Source: Selaginella moellendorffii (taxonomy: Eukaryota > Plantae > Lycopodiophyta). Taken from it: a stretch of 64,000 bases of DNA. Positions 60,930-64,000 of this stretch are shown in pieces (position 1 is the first letter of the stretch; each line of letters begins with the position of its first letter). The DNA lies in NCBI RefSeq assembly GCF_000143415.4, contig NW_003314373.1:493150-557149 (forward strand), in the 5' to 3' direction. The notes below the pieces were generated by a model, which worked only from the letters and a program-made list of their open reading frames with translations, had not been told where the DNA came from and searched no databases. The translations under genes were made by a program, and so were the position numbers.

Positions 60930-63900
60930 CCCGCATATTAAAATTAATCCTTTAATATTGCAATTTACCGTGTTTGCCAAACACCTTAATTATCATAGCC
61001 CTTGTGTTAGTTTCATTCGGTCTCAATTACTATTTATGGAAAATGTTTAGATTTGTTAATTTAGCATATCTACGGAATGTAGAGATTGTCCTAAATACAA
61101 TGGTGATCATCCCATGTCCAAATTCACAATCTAATGCCATTCTATATTTAATAAATTTTGAATTAATCCTAAAGATTAACTCTTAGTACTAAAGGTGGCT
61201 AAGGGTGAAAACCCAAAGGTAAGGGGTGGGGGGGAAGGGGGGTAGGGCTATGGGGTTCTAAATATATAATAAGGATAGTGGGTAGGTTAGGTATAGTTGA
61301 CTAATCTAAAGCATAGTTTAACTCTTACTTGCATGCTTGTCCTTGTTTTGCATTCGGCTTAGGTCTAAGCCCAAGTTCCACACCATGTTAGCTGGTAGAG
61401 TATCCATATTCTCGCGTTAAACCACCAGTATATTGAAATAGTGCCAAACTCCATTTGGCTCTATTTTGCATGTTGGTCCTAGCATTGGATGCTAGAAGTT
61501 CTAAGACGGTTCCAACATTACTCAGTGCTCTTATCCCTTCGCTCCTTGGGTTGAACACTCAAGAGTTACTCTGTGCTCCAATTCCTTCACTCCTTGGCTG
61601 TAAGTTTGGGAGTTTACCTTTGTACTTTCGTTTAGTGGCCCAAAGCCCTGAAACTTGGGTTCCACTCTACTGTCTTTGGGGACACGTGACATGTGGCATA
61701 TGGCATATGACACATGGCATATAAAGGGTTTAGGTTCTGCTTTGTGGTTATCTTATGATAAATTACTATAAAATGAAAGGGTGAAAACCACGTGCACTAC
61801 ATTTAGTATCAGAGGATGAGTCTCAGTGAATACTATCCAATGAGATTGGGCAATTAGTCTCATTACATATGGAGCGATGATCTGAGTGGGAATACATTTG
61901 GGTGTTAAAACTTTACATTTGTTCTTTGGGTATGGATTTTGGTTACCTTTTTGTACTATATTGTGTGAGCTTATGCTTGGGCTTATATGATGGATTAAAA
62001 TGTACCATTTGCACAAGTTTGAGCTTGGGCTCTTGAGTGAGGCACATTAGCAGCTTAAGATTACACTTAGAATTAGCAAGATTAATGTTAACCTATTAAG
62101 GGGTTCCATAAGTTGTTCCAGTTATTCCATGAGTTGTTCCATATACCGTTAAAGTAAACCTCCCTTAAGTTTGCTATGAATGGCAAATAAGCTGGTTTAT
62201 AACTGTTTAGCATGGCACTAGTAGATCCTTTCTAGACATGATTATGAGTGAATCAATCAAGACTGCAAAGATTAATCTATTGGTTCAAGTAGTCATTGCC
62301 ATACTCTTTTATAAACTTTTCTTAAACTGGACTTAGGTAGTGCTAATGCAAGTTTAAGGTTTAGTCAAGTTAAATCTGAAAATAAAGTTACCAGAGACGA
62401 ATGTAACACATGTGATCATAGGATGAGATTTGGATATACTGTCACTGTGGATTCTTGGAACCTTGGGGGATAAATGGAGATAAAATAGCCACTAAAGGCT
62501 CTCTCATCAAGCAATTGCCCTTTTTCTAATTGGCTTAAAAGGAGAGAGATATAACAAAGGATCAAATATATAAATCATCTTCTCTTTGTGAGATGATTTA
62601 TAACAAAATGTGATGCATTGCTCATGTTCACATTATACAATTAAGAGTCCCTATTTTGATGCATGTTGGTTATTATGGTTTTGCAAGTGGTGAGTTATGG
62701 GATGAATAGTGGTGAAGTGCTAAACTATTTTGTTTAGACTTACTATTAAAGATTGGGTTACAATACTCAGTTTTTTTTTGGAAAACCTTATTATTGCTCC
62801 TTGAGTAACTTGGTGTTAGATTAGTTTTGAGTTTAGTTAGAAAGAGAGTGGTATGAATTTATTTATGTTATAAACAAAGTTGGTGGTATTGGATATCATA
62901 AATCTCTATTAGTGGGGTGTGGCATTTATGTTGTATTTTGTCAAATTGAAGTGGCACTTGATGCTCACATAAATGTTTATAGTAATGACATAAGTGTTGC
63001 TCATGGTATTACTCAATTGATGATCAAGTCATTGTGATTTTTATATTATATCCATGTGATAATGAGCAATATGTTTACAAAGTTGCTTGGTTAAACAATG
63101 ATCAACCCCAAAGTAGTTGATAGTGAAACTAGTTTACTTGCAAGTAGTAACATTGAAATAGCTTTGACTTGGTTCTTAATAGTGGTCCATTATGCTAAGC
63201 TTGAGTAGGTACTTTGGTTCTTGAGAGTTTACCCATTAAGGTTTTGAAAAGGATTATAGCATTCACTTGCTATAATTTATTGATTTATCCATTAGCATTT
63301 AGAGTAGATTATCGGATGGTGAAAGTATGAAGTTAAAGCATTGATATTGCTAACACTTGTGTTAGTGGAAGTGGCATTGTTGGTTCAAATGATGGGGAGT
63401 TTTTCTTTAGAGCTTAATTTTCCATGTTATTTTTTTTATTAAGTTTTATATTGGATCTTGAAGGTGGTTGAAGAAGAGTATTAGTGCAACGTGGATATCC
63501 AAAAATATGGTCTTTGTGATCAAGCTTTGGATGTTCATTTTGCATTTTGTGAATGTCGATGTTGGGTATTGGAAATATGAGCATGATGTTTGATGCTTAA
63601 ACATGTTGTTGGATCATAAAAATTAGTGTTGAGATGAACTTATATGAGTTTGTTAGTAGGAGAAAGTTGGTTGAGTTTTGAAAGTTTATATTCCTAAACT
63701 AAGAGTTATTCTTTCTCTAGGATGGGAAATTTTCCATAAATTTTCTTAAGAATTTTTCAATGGCTAATTTATTGATCATTTTGCTTGAAAACCATTCCAT
63801 TTTCGAAAGTCATTACAAACTAGTGAAAGGGTTAAGTTGATTTTGGTTAGCTTAGACCTTAGTATATAGTTTGTATAATGCTATATAAAAGGGTTGCTAA

Positions 63901-64000
63901 CTGTTAGGGCTAAAGCAATTGAGTTAAATAGAGTCTAAAGTTAGTATAGAAAAGTGGACGTTGTGCTTTTCCTACGAAAGTGACCCTTGTGCCTTTTTTG
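60930..64000 (+). mobile_element. Older family A element: 5'-truncated LTR (to 61801), PBS and internal region running off the window
   Basis: Collinear with about 2960-5895. The LTR end CACTACA is followed by TTTAGTATCAGAG. Confidence 0.9.
62402..62553. mobile_element. 152-bp insertion, probable miniature solo LTR
   Basis: Absent from the homologous site near 4435. Starts TGTAAC and is flanked by ACGAA / ACAAA. Confidence 0.6.

Overview
Compact land-plant nuclear DNA, most likely a lycophyte such as Selaginella. This is inferred from introns of about 50-60 nt, dense genes, plant-type PPO and a PLS-class PPR gene. 1-12.6 kb: a decayed Helitron Rep/helicase is split by a complete non-coding Gypsy-derived LTR element (TSD CTATG), which itself carries a nested solo LTR of a second family (TSD ACTTG). 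13.7-21.7 kb: a tandem duplication holds an intact polyphenol oxidase, an internally inverted PPO pseudogene and a METTL25/RRNAD1-like methyltransferase. 22.6-33 kb: an intronless Fic (AMPylase-motif) gene, pectin methylesterase, ARFB1, a SAM methyltransferase, an AG-peptide, DUS2 and VTC1. 31.6-47 kb: a four-gene tandem duplication (VTC1 / B-lectin / neprosin / PPR) with reciprocal gene loss, plus LINE and solo-LTR debris. 47-56 kb: SF3B6, RKP E3 ligase, GDP-fucose synthase and a group I bZIP interrupted by an assembly gap. 58.5-64 kb: older copies of both LTR families. The most unusual items are the plant Fic gene with an intact catalytic motif, the PPO pseudogene whose inversion would produce antisense to its neighbour, and a cis-motif shared by two unrelated-looking LTR families.
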